DNA of 64,000 nt, taken from Parvibaculaceae bacterium. GTDB lineage: Bacteria; Pseudomonadota; Alphaproteobacteria; RS24; CBDDDD01. The position numbers and the translations under genes were made by a program. The notes under the pieces are model-generated. The model was not told the DNA's origin and ran no database searches. It saw only the letters and a program-made list of their open reading frames with translations. This document shows positions 62,927 through 64,000 of this stretch, in pieces. The DNA is taken from assembly GCA_965226465.1 (NCBI GenBank), contig OZ245362.1, positions 112,232 to 176,231 on the forward strand. Reading direction: 5' to 3'. The stretch's first letter is position 1; each line of letters starts with the position of its first letter.

Positions 62927-64000
62927 TGAAAGCCCTTATGCAAGATGCCCCGCTTCTGCTCTCCTCTATCATTGACCATGCTGCTAAATGGCATGGGGAG
63001 CGCGAGATTGTTAGCCTTATGGGGAAGGGGGTGCTTCATCGGGAAACATATAAAGAGGCGCAATTGCGTGCCAAAAAACTGGCGCAGGCATTAAAGCGGA
63101 TGGGGGTCAAAAAGGGGGAAGTGGTCGCTACTATGGCGTGGAATCATTATCGTCATTTTGAAAGTTGGTATGGGGTTTCTGGAATGGGGGCGGTTGTGCA
63201 TACCTTGAACCCGCGCCTTTTTCCTGACCAGCTTATTTATATTATGAACCATGCGGGGGCTTCGCTTTTATTGCTGGATGTTTGCTTTTTGCCGCTTATT
63301 GAAAAGCTGGCGCCTCATCTGCCCAAGATAAGGGGCTATGTGTTTTTCTGTGGGGGGGCGGAAATGCCGGAGCATGGTCTGCAAAATGCCTATTCTTATG
63401 AGGAGATTCTTGAGGCGGAAAGTGGCGATTATGAGTGGGAGAAGCTGGATGAAAACCATGCTTGTGGCATTTGTTATACTTCTGGGACTACGGATGAGCC
63501 TAAGGGGGTTGTCTATTCGCACCGCTCCAATGTGCTTCATTGTCTGGCGACGCTTAATAATGATGTCATGGGTATCTCGGCTTGTGATGTGGTGATGCCT
63601 GTGGTGCCGATGTTTCATGCTAATGCGTGGGGGATTGTGTTTTCTGCACCGGCGCAGGGGGCGAAACTGGTGAACCCTAATGCTATGCTTGACCCTGAGA
63701 GTCTGCTTTTTCTTTTGGAAAAGGAGGAGGTGAGCTTTACGGCGGCGGTGCCGACGATTTGGGCGGGGCTTTTGCAATATCTTCAAAAAAGCGGCAAGAA
63801 GCCTTCGCATTTGAAGCGGGTTGTTATTGGGGGGGCGGCGGTGCCGTCTGTGATGATTGAGGCATTTGCGGGGCTTGGGATTGAGGTGCGCCATGCGTGG
63901 GGAATGACGGAAACGTCACCCTTGGGGGTTATTTCGGCTCCCAAAGCGGGGGCATCAAAGGAGCAATTATGTAAGCAGGGGCGTCCGCCCTTTTTGATTG
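62926..64000 (+). CDS. long-chain fatty-acid--CoA ligase (AMP-binding family), 3'-partial
   Basis: My own translation of this frame is stop-free to the window end. It contains the strings YTSGTTDEPKGVVYSHRS and WGMTETSPLG. ATG 62926 overlaps the upstream TGA. Confidence 0.8.
   Translation, partial: MKALMQDAPLLLSSIIDHAAKWHGEREIVSLMGKGVLHRETYKEAQLRAKKLAQALKRMGVKKGEVVATMAWNHYRHFESWYGVSGMGAVVHTLNPRLFPDQLIYIMNHAGASLLLLDVCFLPLIEKLAPHLPKIRGYVFFCGGAEMPEHGLQNAYSYEEILEAESGDYEWEKLDENHACGICYTSGTTDEPKGVVYSHRSNVLHCLATLNNDVMGISACDVVMPVVPMFHANAWGIVFSAPAQGAKLVNPNAMLDPESLLFLLEKEEVSFTAAVPTIWAGLLQYLQKSGKKPSHLKRVVIGGAAVPSVMIEAFAGLGIEVRHAWGMTETSPLGVISAPKAGASKEQLCKQGRPPFLI

Overview
The right part of this 64-kb chromosomal window (about 27.1-64 kb) is an ordinary alphaproteobacterium-like housekeeping core: mutY, a DUF721 gene, a dsbA-like gene, smc, atpI-B-E-F'-F, moaB, slt, udg, ispE, ispB, glyQS, nadCBA, ygfZ, a pyrC-like gene, tsaC, xseB-ispA-dxs, aroC, fabI and pdxH. 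The left part is mosaic. It holds a quinol-type nitric-oxide reductase, an AT-rich type II restriction-modification pair, and a cluster of exported glycan-degrading enzymes (SMP-30 lactonase, GH16, two GH2 beta-galactosidases, four sulfatases). It also holds a 23S-5S-tRNA-fMet unit with no 16S or spacer tRNAs upstream. The most unusual feature is a ~694-nt AT-rich intervening sequence in helix 45 of the 23S gene. It is closed by a 22-bp stem and encodes a 189-aa protein with two predicted transmembrane helices that does not resemble the known IVS-encoded proteins. The ORF's stop codon lies in conserved 23S sequence outside the stem. Other points of interest are a solitary Z1-domain/SF2 ATPase islet directly after tRNA-fMet, and a mosaic multi-hairpin repeat family (three full copies, one partial) containing a conserved G-quadruplex motif, most copies lying just 3' of AT-rich defence-type genes. 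There is also a ~230-nt multi-stem leader with riboswitch-like layout upstream of an 82-aa ORF. By eye the plus strand is strongly G+T rich whatever the gene orientation, which explains the many long antisense or alternative-frame entries in the ORF track; I reject those. All family assignments come from motifs read by eye; no database search was run.
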